64,000 nt of DNA from positions 1,067,270 through 1,131,269 of the forward strand of contig JAAOMT010000523.1 in the NCBI GenBank assembly GCA_016748015.1. Reading direction: 5' to 3'. The first letter of the stretch is position 1; each line of letters begins with the position of its first letter. Positions 51,683 to 64,000 of this stretch are shown here, piece after piece. Source of the stretch: Geosiphon pyriformis uo1 (taxonomy: Eukaryota > Fungi > Glomeromycota). Made by a program: the position numbers and the translations under genes. The notes beneath the pieces were generated by a model, which worked only from the letters and a program-made list of their open reading frames with translations, was not told where the DNA came from and did not search any database.

Positions 51683-54071
51683 ACATGTACAAAATCTGTA
51701 TATTTTACTTTTAAAATATTTGATAATATTAAAAAGATTAGTACACAATCTCTCAAATTTAATATAGTTACATGCTGCAATTTTCCAATGCCATTGTAAA
51801 AATGTAAAAGAGATCAATAATTTAAGCATTTTGTTAATTTTTTCAAGTATTGTATCATGGTCTTGATGTTAATTTGAAAGTTTAAATCAAAAAATTACAA
51901 TTCTTTCTTGAATTAGTTTGTAAACTTTAGGCTTCAATTGTAGCCATTGTTTTTCATTAGCAATTTTAATTAATTGGTAAATAGGATGGCACCAAGCAAA
52001 CCAAATTGGTGCAAACATTTGTTTAGCCATGAGTCTTAATGAAGATTTATTGAAACAAACTCCAATACAAAAGTTAATAATTGCTTGTAAATAAAAAAAG
52101 ATTTGTTCATACTTTAACCTAAATATAAGATCTGTTTCATTTTGGGCCCATTCTAAGTAACTTTTAACAAATAGATTTTTTTTAGAAACAACATATAACC
52201 ACATTAATTTGGAAGCCATTGTATGCCTATATATATTACATATCAAATCCCATAATTTATGATGATCAAAACATTTTTTAAAAAACTGCAGTTAACTTTC
52301 ATTCTGATATTCCTAATATTATGCAAAGTATTTTATATCAATATTCCAATTCAGCTCAACAAATGCTTTTAGCATATTCATCTTTTTATAAAGAGCACTC
52401 AGAACCAATATAAGCCAAAGAAAGTCTTTTTTGATCATTTGTGCATGATGATAAGGTACTCTATTACATGTTACTACAACCTATCTGCAACTATTATCTT
52501 TAATGCCGGATAGTTCTTTAATATGCTCAAAAATCTTTTGAATATTGGCAATTAAGTTTGGATTTATGGTTATTGGATCAGGAACATATAATTGTGGTAT
52601 ATAAATCTCAATTTCCAAATACAATTGTGTATTTTCAAATGTGTGAAAATAAAGAATGGGTTTTTTGGCAATGTTAATTGATTCATTCAATTGATTTATC
52701 TTGGTAATTGTTGGTAATTTGTTTTGGCATGTAGGACAAACTCACTTTTTATTATCAATATTAGACAATTGACCAGTTGGACATTTTTTTAGAGAACCAA
52801 TTTGGCTTTGATGTTGTACTAATTCATTAATCACATTTGTTTCTTAACTTTTTTTTACACAAAGCTCTTCTAAAATAATAATAAAATAATTAGTAAGTTT
52901 TTTATGAATTTTATTTATTATAACTGAAGTTAAAGAAAATAATTTCTCATATTTTTTTTTGGAAAGTTCAGAATACAACCAAGGATCTATATTTTGAATA
53001 ATTATAATTAAAAGCAACAAAACTTGTAATAATATTGAATATGACTGTATTATATCTGCAATCTAAGTAATTTTTTTGACCTTTTTGTTTATTGTTAAAG
53101 GCTAAAAATAAAAATCTTTTAAGAAGCTTTGATTGTTCTATAGCCAAACTTTTTAACTAGTTAGTAAACTTTTTATAACAACCAGAACTTATAATATAAT
53201 TATTAATATCAATGACTATTTTCAATCTTGCTACTGAATATTTGATTGCTAAAGTGGCTAAATTAATAGTAGAAACATATTTTAAGTACTTTAATCTATA
53301 TATAATATCAACTGCTACAGCATACTTAAAAAGTTTTTCCCTTTCATTTTGATATTCATCTTTATTATGAGTAAGAGTTTCAATAAATCTTACAATAACT
53401 GGATTTCATTTTGCAAGTCATGTTAAAGAACAATACTCTAAAAAACTATCTAGACTAAAATATTCATAATTTTTTTTCAAACTTATTATATCATTATATA
53501 AATTACTTTATTCTCTTTTGGCAATTTCTTTTATGGATTTAATATGACCTTGTTGATTATTAAATGCTTTATCTAATTGTTTTTTTAATGTCACATTCTC
53601 AGATAATAATTGCTAATTAATATCTTTTAGCTCTTGTATCTGTTTTATATAAACTTTATATATTAGATCTGGCAAAAATACTTGGACTTCAAAATCAGAA
53701 AAAGTTTTTTCTAATTCTAACAACTTGTTATCATTAGAAAGTCTTGGTCTTTTTCTTTCTGTTTTTTCTAAATCTAAAAAAGTTGAATTATTTGATTTAG
53801 TAATTTGTTTAATAAAAGACTTTTTAACAATAATCTGATTATAATGTCTTTTACATAAAGAGTAATTGTTTAGAGAGTCAAGTAATATAGTTAATTTAGG
53901 AAAATACTTAATTATTTTTATTATTCTTTCTACTGCAATACTAGCTGATGCATGTTGCTATCTTTGACTTTTTTTGGTCTTATATTTTACTAATTGACTT
54001 TTATTATATTCACTGGTAAGAAATTCAAATAAACAAAATAAGTCTTTGGCATTCATTATAAAACAAGACAT
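51683..54071 (-). pseudogene. Degenerate DNA-transposase-like gene (Academ/DUF6589-like, inferred), 5' part; interrupted by B1
   Basis: Remnants DPITINPN, VTCNRVPY (~CDGVPY), ALYKKMNML (~GxxHEEMN), HDTILEKINK and a CPTC zinc ribbon. Frame resumes at 4698. Confidence 0.55.
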
Positions 54072-54848
54072 AATTTTAAATCCAATTTAATAAAAAACTA
54101 CTATGTAAAGTTATGTAAATTCTTATGGATTCTGAAACTTTGTGTTTATAAAAGTATGTTTCTACTGTTAGTTTTGATTTTTATTTGAAGTATTTAATCA
54201 ATAAAGTATTATCAAATTCTCTATACTAATAATGTTAAACACTAATTAGATTACAAAAATTTTTTGTGGATTATTCTAGAATTGATTTACGAAATTTAAA
54301 ATCTCTCTAACTGTATTAAGTAAAATGTTTTTAACTTTGGCACTTGTTATTTGCCAGATTTTGTCTTTGTTATGTGGATAATCATTTAAATATAACAGAA
54401 CTCTGTTTTATATGGTATTAAAAGACATTTTTTTATTTACTTAGTTGCTAATAAGAATTATGTATTGGTATAATGTATTACATGTTTTTTTTTAACTAAA
54501 AATGTCATTTTATATTTTTTTATTAAGTTTTTCTATAAGCTAAACAAAATTTATTGTCTTATTTTTTCTGTTATTTTGGATATCTAAAGTATTTTTAGTA
54601 ATATACTTTACAATAGTAACAAATATGCACTTTGTATTTTTTTTTGGCAAGATTTAAGCTCTTATAAATAAAAACTTCTTGTTATAATTAATATATCTAA
54701 GTGGAATATAAAATGGGTGTTTTCTTGGTATCAGTATTGAGTATAAAATATTTCAACTGTTGGCTGTTTTTTCTATAGTAATGGTAGTTTAAAGTTTGTT
54801 TTTTTTCTTTTTTTTTCTTTTTTTATTTCAAGTAAATATTAGTAGTAG

Positions 54849-55515
54849 TATTATGGGTTGGAGTAACAAGCTAATGGATAACAAGGAAAAACAGGATTGT
54901 AGGGTGATGGAAATAATCAAAAAAAATTCAACTTCAATGAGCAAATTGAATAATTATAGATTCAATGTACAAGATCAGTCTCATAAAATATCTTAGTTGC
55001 TATACTTTTCAAAAGTAACCAGGAGATCTGAAGGTAAAGGAATAATCCGTACTATCAACAAATGATTATGCTTGGTATAATTCTATGCTTTATGTTAGCA
55101 CTTTTAGAATTCAATATCAAGTATCAGATATGCTTTTCAGTTATGTTTTATTTAATAATCTTCAAATGCTGCAATTACATATTTCAGAAAAAGGGTAAGG
55201 AATAACCAACAAGTAATCTTTTATCTTTAAGATGTTCAGATACTTAAAAGTAGGGAAAGGGAAATTAGCGAGAAGAGAATGATTAAGATGAAAGTTGTTA
55301 TTTTATTTATTTGATTTCCTTAATTTCTTCATGCTTTTCTACAGCTAAGAGATTTATCGCTTATATAGCTGTCAAAAGTAGTTAATGATCAGGTCAATAG
55401 TCAGGTTATTGATCAGATCAATGATCATTTTCTAAAAATAGAGTGGCTAATTTATGTAACATCAATGGCTAATACATGTAATAATTAATAAGAAGTATAA
55501 GTTTCAACTGTAACA
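54849..55515 (-). repeat. E2 3' LTR
   Basis: Matches 61842-62507. Confidence 0.92.
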
Positions 55516-56139
55516 TCATCCTCTTTAAAGAAATTAAGCTCTGGCAAAATCAAGCTATTTATGGTGTAATCTATTAAAAGAGTTTTATCTAACTCAAAGC
55601 TAACTAGTTTGTTGAAGTCTTTTGTGGATAAAGTATATAATACTTGAGACAAAATAAGTTTTATATCCAAGAGACTAAATCTTTGTATTAGAGTTTTGGC
55701 TCTTCTAGCAATAGTTAAAACTCTTGAGACATCTAACCATATAATGCCCAAAATTTCTGTCTGTATCATTGAAGTTGTTTTCTTCATGAGTTTCATATTC
55801 TCTATGATTTCACCAAGGCGACCATAGAGTTCTAATTGCCTTCCATATAACAAGTTTTGTCTATGTGTAAGATTTCTTGAAGTGTTTTTCCAATTGTGTT
55901 GAAAGGTGGAAGTATAGCTGCTGTTATACTTTTCAACAGATATTTATTCATTTTACTACCAATTCTTTTTTTCTGGTAGTAGTTTTCTTTGGTCTAATAA
56001 CAGTATGTGTTCTACTGTTATCAGTTATGGTGGTTTGTTTTCTAATGGTTAGAGTAGTATTTGGATAGTTTTTGATCCAATATTCATGAAAAGTATAGAA
56101 GGCGTTTTGAATGTTTTGATCCAGAAAATAATTGTTCAT
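55485..56139 (-). pseudogene. E2 ORF3, accessory protein, overlapping the PPT and 3' LTR
   Basis: ORFs 55948-56235 and 55485-55853 (LYGRLGEIIE...VLTIARRAKTLIQRF...LYTLSTKDFNKL...EDDVTVETYTSY*). Confidence 0.8.
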
Positions 56140-56180
56140 GTCAATTGAAGATACCTCTGTTTTGGGAATAGTGCATTTAT

Positions 56181-57494
56181 TTATACTTAATTTTTGCTGA
56201 TCATTTGAGTCAGTATTACCACAACAGACAGCCAATTAGGTCGTTTATAATATTTCTTGAGTTGTATATCATGAACAGAACGATCATTGAAGATTGTTCT
56301 AGATTGATCTTAAAAAATATGAGAACCATTGTTCAAAACTTTGTTGACTATAAAGAGTTCTTTCTACTGGCTAAAAAATTTATCACCATAAACATTGTCT
56401 CTGTCAAAATAGTATTTTAGTATCAAGTCACCAACATTTAAAGAAGAGGTTTTATATGTTTTCTTTTTCTTAAGCTTTTTTTGAAACTGTTTTATCTTTT
56501 TAAAAACAATTATTTGTGCTTCTATCAAGGAGTTAAGAATGGTACCAAGTTTTCTTTGCAAAATGTCTTTATAATTTCCTATTGTAATCTCTTCAAAGAG
56601 TATTGTTTCAATGTCAGTTTTTATTGGTAGTGTTGCCATACATCTATAGAGCAGATAAAAAGATTCATAACTTGTTATGTCATGATTCACAGTTCTATAA
56701 GTAAACAAAGCTGAAGGCAGTACTTTGTCTCATAAGTTTGTTTCTTCACTGGTTTTGGCTAGGGTTTTATATAGTGTTCTATTAAAACATTCTACTAGGC
56801 CATTTGTTTGGAAGTGATAAAGAAAGAAAAGTTTATGATGTATTCTCATTTTTCTACAAAGTTTTTCAACCAGTGTACTGAAAAAAGCTCTTTTTCTATC
56901 AGATAAAAGTTTTTTGGAGCAGCCATAATAGCAGATAATATTTTCATAAATGAAATTGGCTATTGAAACTGCTGTTTGGTCTGGAGTGGCTCTTGCTTCT
57001 ACTCACTTTGTAAGATAGTCAGTAGCTGTGATAATATATTTGTTGCTATTAAGAGTGATTGTTAAAGATCCAACAACATCTATACCAATTCTGTCAAAGA
57101 GTTAACCAACAAAGATTGGATGAATATCTTCTTTGTAATTGGGTTTACCTTTTCTTTGGCAGATGTCACAGATTTTAATGTATTCAGCAATGTCTTTTCC
57201 CAAAGTAGGCCAATAATAACAAGCTAAAATTTTCTGAATTGTTTTTGTTTTTCCAAAGTGTCCAGCTAATGGGTCAGTATACATGTTGTATATTATAATT
57301 TCTCTTTCTTCAAATCTGATGACTCTCTGAGGGCAGTCAGAATCTTTTCTGTTTTTTTTGTATAATTGGTTCTGGCAGATCAAATAAAAATTTGATTGTT
57401 TATACAAATGTTTTTTTTGCTGTCAAGTATATTCTGGTGGGTATTGTCTTTTACCCAAAAATTCTATTAAAGCAGAGTAGTTGTTCAAGTTTAT
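56181..57494 (-). pseudogene. E2 integrase, separate ORF
   Basis: ORFs 57102-57407 and 56364-56708. Confidence 0.88.
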
Positions 57495-57558
57495 TATTGT
57501 GTTTGTTTGTAAAAAAGTTACTAATAATTAAGTTGGTTTGGTTTGAGAGGTTGTACTA

Positions 57559-60248
57559 TCACTGGATGGTAAGTCTAAAAAAAGCATTGGTGTTTTGATG
57601 ATTTGCTCCTTTGCAGTGTTGAATATCATAGTCAAATTCATCCAAGTGGAGTATCCAGCAAATTATTTGTTTGTGTTCCAGCTTCTTTTTCTTGTGCAGC
57701 CAAACCAAGACTTGATAATTTGTTACCATTAAGAATTTTGCACCAAGAAGATATTGATCTTAGTAGCTAATAGTCCAAACTACTGCTAAGTATTTCTGTT
57801 CAGTAATTGAATAGTTCTTTTCTGCTGGTGTGAAGAATTTACTGGCATATGCTATGGCATATTCTCTGCCATTTTTGTCTTTCTGTGAAAGAACAGCACC
57901 AAGTCTATAGCCAAATACATCAGTGTGGAGGATAAAAAATTGGTCCAGATTAAGTTGTTTGAGAATTGGTTCAGTAACAAGTTTTTCCTTTAGAAATTCA
58001 AAAGCTTTTTGTTAATAAGTGCTCTAGTAATAATTGACATTTTTTTTGAGTAGCTAATTGAGAGGAAAGGCAATTTTAGAGAAATCTTTGATAAATTTGT
58101 AATAGTAAAAGGCCAAACCAAGGAAAGAGCATAGTTCAGAAACATTCATTGGTTGTCTAATGTTCTGGACTTTTTTAACTTTGGTTGGATCAAGAAAGAT
58201 TCTATCTTTTGTAATAAGATGACCAAAGAACTGGGTGGATTGGCATTCAAAGAAAGATTTAATTGGGTTGATTTTAAGACCAGCATTTTTAAGCAGGTCA
58301 AAAACCTTCTGTAAATGTTCAAGGTGTTTATTCCAGATTTTTGAATATACTATTATATTGTCCAAGTAAACCAGAACAAAGTTTTTTTTTACTGATTCAA
58401 ACACTTTATTTATTAGGCATTGAAAGATGAAAGGAGCATTGGTAAGACCAAAAAGCATGACTGTAAATTCATAAGTGCCATATTTGATGATGAAGGCAGT
58501 TTTCTTTCTGCTTTCTAGATCTATCTCTACTTGCCAAAATTCAGCAGTTAAGTCAATAGTTAAGAAAAAAGCAGCATCATTGAATTTATCTAGTATTGCA
58601 TCAATTTTGAGAAGTGAAAACATGTCTCTTATAGTGATGACATTTAGTTAGCAGTAGTCAACACAGAAGTGTAGGGTTCTATCTTTCTTGAATACCACTA
58701 CAACTGAGAAAATCTATTTACTCTTGGTTTTTTGTATGAATCCAAGATCTTTTATCCAGTTTATTTCTTTTTTGATAAATTCATCATTATGTTGATTGGA
58801 TTGATAAGACTTCAAATAGATGAGACAAGTTTTTTTGGTGGTAATGGTGTGTTGTATCACATGGGTTCGTCTAGGAGTGTCATCTTTTTTTGAAATAACT
58901 GGGCTATTTCTAGCCAACAGATTTTCAATGTCTATTTTTTTTTTTCAGGGAAAGGTTCTCTTTGTTCTACAACTAGTGATTGGATTTCAGATGGTTCATT
59001 CTCAAAAAACTTTTGTATTTCTTTAAGTTCTTCTTGAAGTATCAAGCTAATTGGTTCCCAATCTTTGTAATAGATTAGGCAGAATTTGCATTCATTACTT
59101 GGTGAATACAAAAATTTATTACACTAGCACCATGCACAAGAGCTATGTCACCAATAACTGTATTTGGCTTTTTTGCCAGGTTTTCTGTTAAAAGTTCTTC
59201 TGAGGATATCATAGTAGGACCAGCAAATTAGCTTGCCATTTACCATGATTCCTTCTTTGTCAGCTTTAACATTGTCTAGTGGTTTGCCATTGCTGGTAAA
59301 GATGGTATAAGCAAGTTCAACAGTTTCTTCTTGTTTTTCTTGATCTTTATTATTACTTTCATCATTATCTGATTCATCTGATTGTTTTTTTTCTTGGTTT
59401 TGTTTGGTTGCTAAAGGAGTTGTTCAATGACAGCATTTAACCACAATAGGTTTTTCACCATATTTGATGATTAATTCACAAAGTTTATAGTTAAGTAGTG
59501 CTTTGGCTTTCTTAAGCCACTCATTATCAACAATAATAGTATACTTTTTTGCTTCAGATACTTCCATGTCTGTTTTGATGCTAATACTATTGATGTGAAC
59601 AGAAACAGCTTTGGCTATATCCAGATCTTTCTTTTTGTTATCATACATATTAGTCATAGGCCAGGTGGAAGGTTTATCAATCTTTTTTCCAATGGCTTCC
59701 AAAAAGTGTTTGGCAATTACACTAACAGATAATCTACTGTCTAGAATTAAATCAATGAAGTAGCCAGCCACTTGGGCTTTACAAATCAGAGGAATAACAT
59801 TGTTGTTGTCAGCAAGTCCAGCTTGACAAGAATGCTTGTTGGTTTTTAGTATCTTCTTCTTTGGTATTAAAGATTTGTGAAGATCTTTTCTGAACTGTAA
59901 ATGGGTTATTAGTTGGCCAAATATAATGTGTGTTGGGATTTCCATGAGATTTTTAACAACAGAATAGAGTTCAAATTTTTGTAAAATTTCTGGAGATTCC
60001 AATTTTGGAGGATTTTTAAAAACTTTAGCTTTTGGTGGCTCATTGTTGTTATCAACAGAAGTTGAAGCTTTGTTGGGATTTAGAACAAAATCAACCTTGG
60101 CTTTCTTTTTCTTTCTTGTTAAGTCAAAGATGTTGATTGCCAGTTCATCCATATTATGATCATCATCAGTTAGGTTAAAAGCATAAAAAAAGTTTTCTTT
60201 TGGTTGGCTTGTACTCTCACTCTTTGGAGATGTGTCTACCAGTTTAAA
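57559..60248 (-). pseudogene. E2 pol: protease, RT, RNase H
   Basis: ORFs 59424-60152 (LILDSR) and 58054-58623 (VYLDN); ends RLTIQ-TGA-TAG. Confidence 0.9.
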
Positions 60249-61789
60249 GACTGATAAACAGTGACTTCAACTAGAAGATTTTCTCCAAAAAAATTGATGT
60301 TGGCATAATTGAATCTTTGATTGGGAACATTATTATTGTGGGATCTATTATTCTGGGTGTTATTATTTCTGAAAGCTGGAGAAGGCAATAGAAGATTGTT
60401 ACAGTCTCTGAAAAAATGTCCAGTTAGTCCACAGTAATAGCACACAGGTGGGCCATAATTTTGTTGTCTTTAATATGGTGGTTGTTAGAACTAATTGAAG
60501 CAAGATTCAAATCTGGGTTTTTGAAATTGCTGGTTGTCTCTGACTGCTTGGGCTAATGGTTCTAATAGCCAAGCAAGATTAGCAGTAAGTCTGTTTATTA
60601 ATTGTTTATTGGGGTTTTGAGTGTAAGTGGCAAAAGAGGTAGCAGCCATTTGTGAAGCTGGAACCATAGCAAAAGCAGAAGCAAAAACTGGAAGAATAGA
60701 TTCTAGGTGCATTCTTTGGTTATCTTCTATTTTCTGGGCAAGTTTAATAGCCATATCCATTGTGGGATTATTTTTTAGGGCCAGGAGGGGCCAAAGAGCA
60801 TATGAGAGATCAGTTCTTAATCTTTTTGTAAAGGAATGTATTTTCTGCTCTTTTGTTCAGTTTCTTCTAGAGTCTATCTGTTTAATAAATTTTCTTATTG
60901 CTTTAGTATATTCTGTTACAACCTCACCAGGGTCTTGAGTTCTTCTTTCTAATTCCATATGCCATTTTGAGATTAAGATAGGAGTTCTAAATTTCATTTC
61001 AAACTAGGTAGTAAAAAAGGTGTTGTCTTTTCCAGTACTTGCTAGTGTCCATCTAATGATTTTTTGTTAAGTATTGGCATTGGTTTCTTGTGAGAACCAA
61101 GTAGCAGAAGAGTCTTGGAGATAGCCACCAACAATTTGGAACTTGTATTTATTATCATATTGGTTTGCTGTGGCAGCTCTCTCAAAATCATCCAGCCATT
61201 TGATTGGATTTTGGGCATTATCTCTGAATAATGGTAATAGGGTGTTGTTTTTTTATCCTAAAGCAGTCTGTATATCTTGGAAGGCAATCAAAATGTTTTG
61301 TTGCAGAGGGTCTTGAGCCATTGGTTTAAGTGTAACTGTTTGTGTGGAGTGTTCTGATTCACTTGAAAAAAGATCAAAAACAGAAGTAGTTTGATAGCTT
61401 TTTTTTTCTGTTTTAAGAAGAGTTTCTGTTGATTGATGGGCAGTAATCCAAATATGGATTTGATGATTCAGATATTTGAAATCAGGGAGCTGTTGTTCAA
61501 AGATTGTAGAATATAAGAGCTGATTGATACTGTTGTTTTTTTCTTTAAAGTTGTCTTCAAAATAAGCTTGGTCAAAGTAATAAGTTGTATAAGCTGTGTA
61601 GGTTTCAGTTGAATGCTCATTCAGAAACCAGTTCCAAAAGTCTTGGAATTGTCTGCTGGATTGTTCTTCAATAGAGAAGCAAATCAAGCAGAAGGACAAA
61701 AGATTGAGTTTAATAAAGTCTAGATCATTTTTGTTGTGTGCTTTAAAGTATTCTTCTGATTGTTGTAACAGATATGAATAATCACCCAT
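60236..61789 (-). pseudogene. E2 gag
   Basis: ORFs 61253-61789, 60491-60760 and 60236-60445 (CYYCGLTGHFFRDC). Confidence 0.9.
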
Positions 61790-61841
61790 ACAATAAGAAA
61801 CAAAGTGGATTTTGACAACCTTACAGGGAGCACCACTTTTA

Positions 61842-62507
61842 TGTTACAGGTTGGAGTAATAAGTTAACAGATAACAAGGGAGAACAAGATTGTAGGGTAA
61901 TAAAAATAATCAAAGAGAATTCAACTTCAATGAGTGAATTAAATAAGTATAGATTCAATGTGCGAGATTAGTCTCATAAAATATCTCAGTTACTATACTT
62001 TTCAAAGGTAACTAGAGAATCTGAAGATAAAGGAATAGTTCGTACTGTTAATAAATGATTACACTTAGTATAATTCTATGCCTTACATTTGTGCTCTTAG
62101 AATTCAATATCAAGTATCAGATGTGCTCTTCAGTCATATTTTATTCAATAATCTTCAAATGCTGCAATTACATGTTTCAGAAAAAGGGTAAGGAATAACC
62201 AACAAGTAATTTTTTATCTTTAAAATATTCAAATACTTGAAAGTAGGGAAAGAGAAATTAGCAAGAAGAGAATGATTGAAATGAAAGTTGTTATTTTATT
62301 TATTTTATTTTCTTGATTTCTTCATGCTCTTTTACAGCTAAGAGATTCATTGCTTATATAGCTGTCAAAAATGGTCAATGATTAGGTCAACAGTCAAGTT
62401 ATTGATTAGGTCAATAATTATTTTCTAAAAATAGAGTGGCTAATTATATAACATCAGTGGCTAATACATGTGATAATTAATAAGAAGTATAAGTTTCAAC
62501 TGTAACA
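61842..62507 (-). repeat. E2 5' LTR
   Basis: TGTTAC...GTAACA; PBS adjacent. Confidence 0.93.
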
Positions 62508-62896
62508 GTAATTTATTGTATTTGTTTTTAATTTACAAGACTTGATAGGTTTTCCAGATAGATTTTTCTTTTTTTTTCTTCAACTTAATCAATAATTGTT
62601 CTTTTGAAAAAGCTTTAAAGTGTTTACAGATGACAGCTGGAGCTTTTGGGTGTTTCAGTTAAATATAATATTAGTTTTGGACAGCCAGTTGTTACCAATA
62701 AGAGCTTGGTACTACATAACTTCTATTACTAGAACTTTGATTGGTGTGATAATGCTGTTAACTTCAAAAAAAAAAGTCGTCAATTTCACTAATAAGAGTC
62801 TTAGTTACTCCATTAGCAGTAATATTTCTGGCACTGGCAGTACAATCAACTTGGCAACCTAATTGATCCATGAATTGTTGTGTAATAATGCTGTCC
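62508..62896 (-). pseudogene. Short family-B protease-region relic, host of E2 (continues at ~54700-54848)
   Basis: Similar to 14130-14560 (SIITQQFMDQLGCQVDC). Confidence 0.75.
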
Positions 62897-63003
62897 TCAC
62901 TTTATCATACCAAAATGTAATGCATATAAACCATAACATGATTAATATAGAATTATCTCTATATAAAAAATATAATATGAAACTAATATACATTAAGTCC
63001 ACT

Positions 63004-63234
63004 ATGGAACCAAAGAATTACAGCACTATTAGAAGCATACTAAAAAAAGCCCAAGGAGAAAAAATTGCTCCATATGTTTTTAAAATCAACAATACCCAAA
63101 CTCTCCAGAAGTATCTAGATAAAGAAAAAATTATTTATGAAATTTACCAAGAAGAACAAAAAATAATAAATAATAAACGAACATTAACCCCAACTTATAA
63201 TGAACCAAGAAAAAAACGAAAACTAGAAACATAA
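63004..63234 (+). CDS. Small hypothetical protein (76 aa) with C-terminal NLS-like PRKKRK
   Basis: ATG at 63004 after a TATATAA at ~62960; no recognisable family. Confidence 0.25.
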   Translation: MEPKNYSTIRSILKKAQGEKIAPYVFKINNTQTLQKYLDKEKIIYEIYQEEQKIINNKRTLTPTYNEPRKKRKLET

Positions 63235-63763
63235 AGCAAATATCTGGTTCTTTATAATTATCGATAATCGGGACAAATTTCCATGATTCTTTATATACTG
63301 TTCAAGTAATAATAATAATATGCAAAAGTACTGTACATACTTTGTTTAAGAGAGTAATAAAGAGAATCGATTGTTGTAACTGTTTTTTGCAATTCAAATT
63401 CAGTTATCCATTATCATATGACTCGTTACAATACACACGTAAAAAACAATTGCTTCACTTCCAAAAACAGAATTGCATTACGTAGTAGTAGCAGAATACA
63501 ATACAACAATTAAACGATTTGTTAATTGTTCCATAACGTGATATGCAAAGAAGCGTAAAAAAGAGATTTCCCTTTGTCTTCATTATCCTTTGTCTCTGAC
63601 AAAAGCATGGAGGGTTCCCGATCTATAGTTGATTCGGCGCTTCAATACGGAGAATTATCACATGTTTGTGTAAGTAAAACGTATAAACAGGGCTGAATTG
63701 AGCGGCGCAGAGCCAGATCGCGACTCTTCTTTTATCGTTATCATTTACGAAAAACATCTAAAC

Positions 63764-63893
63764 ATGGACCCAATGGACGTAGATGCAAGAGTAATGAGTG
63801 AAGGCGATTTCCTTTGGAAATACAGTAAAGACTTTCCCAACGCAACCTTAGAAAAAGCAAAAGACGAATACCAAAAATACCTCAAGACACAAG
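63764..63893 (+). CDS. Probable first coding exon of a host gene (MDPMDVDARVMSEGDFLWKYSKDFPNATLEKAKDEYQKYLKTQ...)
   Basis: AAACATGG start context, open frame, AAG/GTAAGC donor at 63894, in CpG-retaining DNA. Confidence 0.55.
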
Positions 63894-64000
63894 GTAAGCA
63901 CGCAAGCAACAGGGAGAAGAGTTTGAATACTGTTACTGGTTTTGTGCTATATTGCAAGAGAGGCAGTTGGGCGTTATTAGTTGGGGCAGAGCTGAATCAT

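Larger units (their letters stand above)
54849..62507 (-). mobile_element. Element E2: full-length Ty3/Gypsy LTR retrotransposon (7.66 kb), same family as E1
   Basis: LTRs 54849-55515 and 61842-62507; TSD GTAG/GTAA; PBS 61819-61835; PPT ~55516-55526. Confidence 0.93.

Overview
This is very AT-rich, CpG-depleted eukaryotic DNA. It resembles early-diverging fungal (Glomeromycotina-like) repeat DNA, which is an inference. Almost all of it is decayed Ty3/Gypsy LTR retrotransposons from three related families, labelled here B, C/D and E. Paired LTRs (TGTTAC...GTAACA), PBS, PPT and 4-bp TSDs resolve a four-level nest. B1 (4699-51682, -) contains B2 (7823-37355, -), which contains C (15938-35512, +), whose 5' LTR contains D (16714-~26598, +). 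B1 also contains E1 (39421-46901, +). B1 itself interrupts a degenerate DNA-transposase-like gene. A truncated B copy (A, 1-3350) and a second E copy (E2, 54849-62507, -) flank the nest, and a CpG-rich probable host gene starts at ~63764. All TE ORFs are broken by C>T/G>A changes. Comparing copies reveals an unusual shared architecture. (1) Pol stops right after RNase H, and integrase is a separate ORF in all seven elements. (2) A conserved ~210-240 aa non-Env third ORF follows integrase and abuts or overlaps the 3' LTR. (3) B/C/D ORF1 appears to start at a conserved GUG, followed by an AUG-poor N-terminal extension. (4) B/C/D carry Cys-rich Zn modules and a dUTPase between protease and RT. 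(5) Covarying RNA hairpins lie in the C/D LTR. All alignments were made by eye; no database searches were run.
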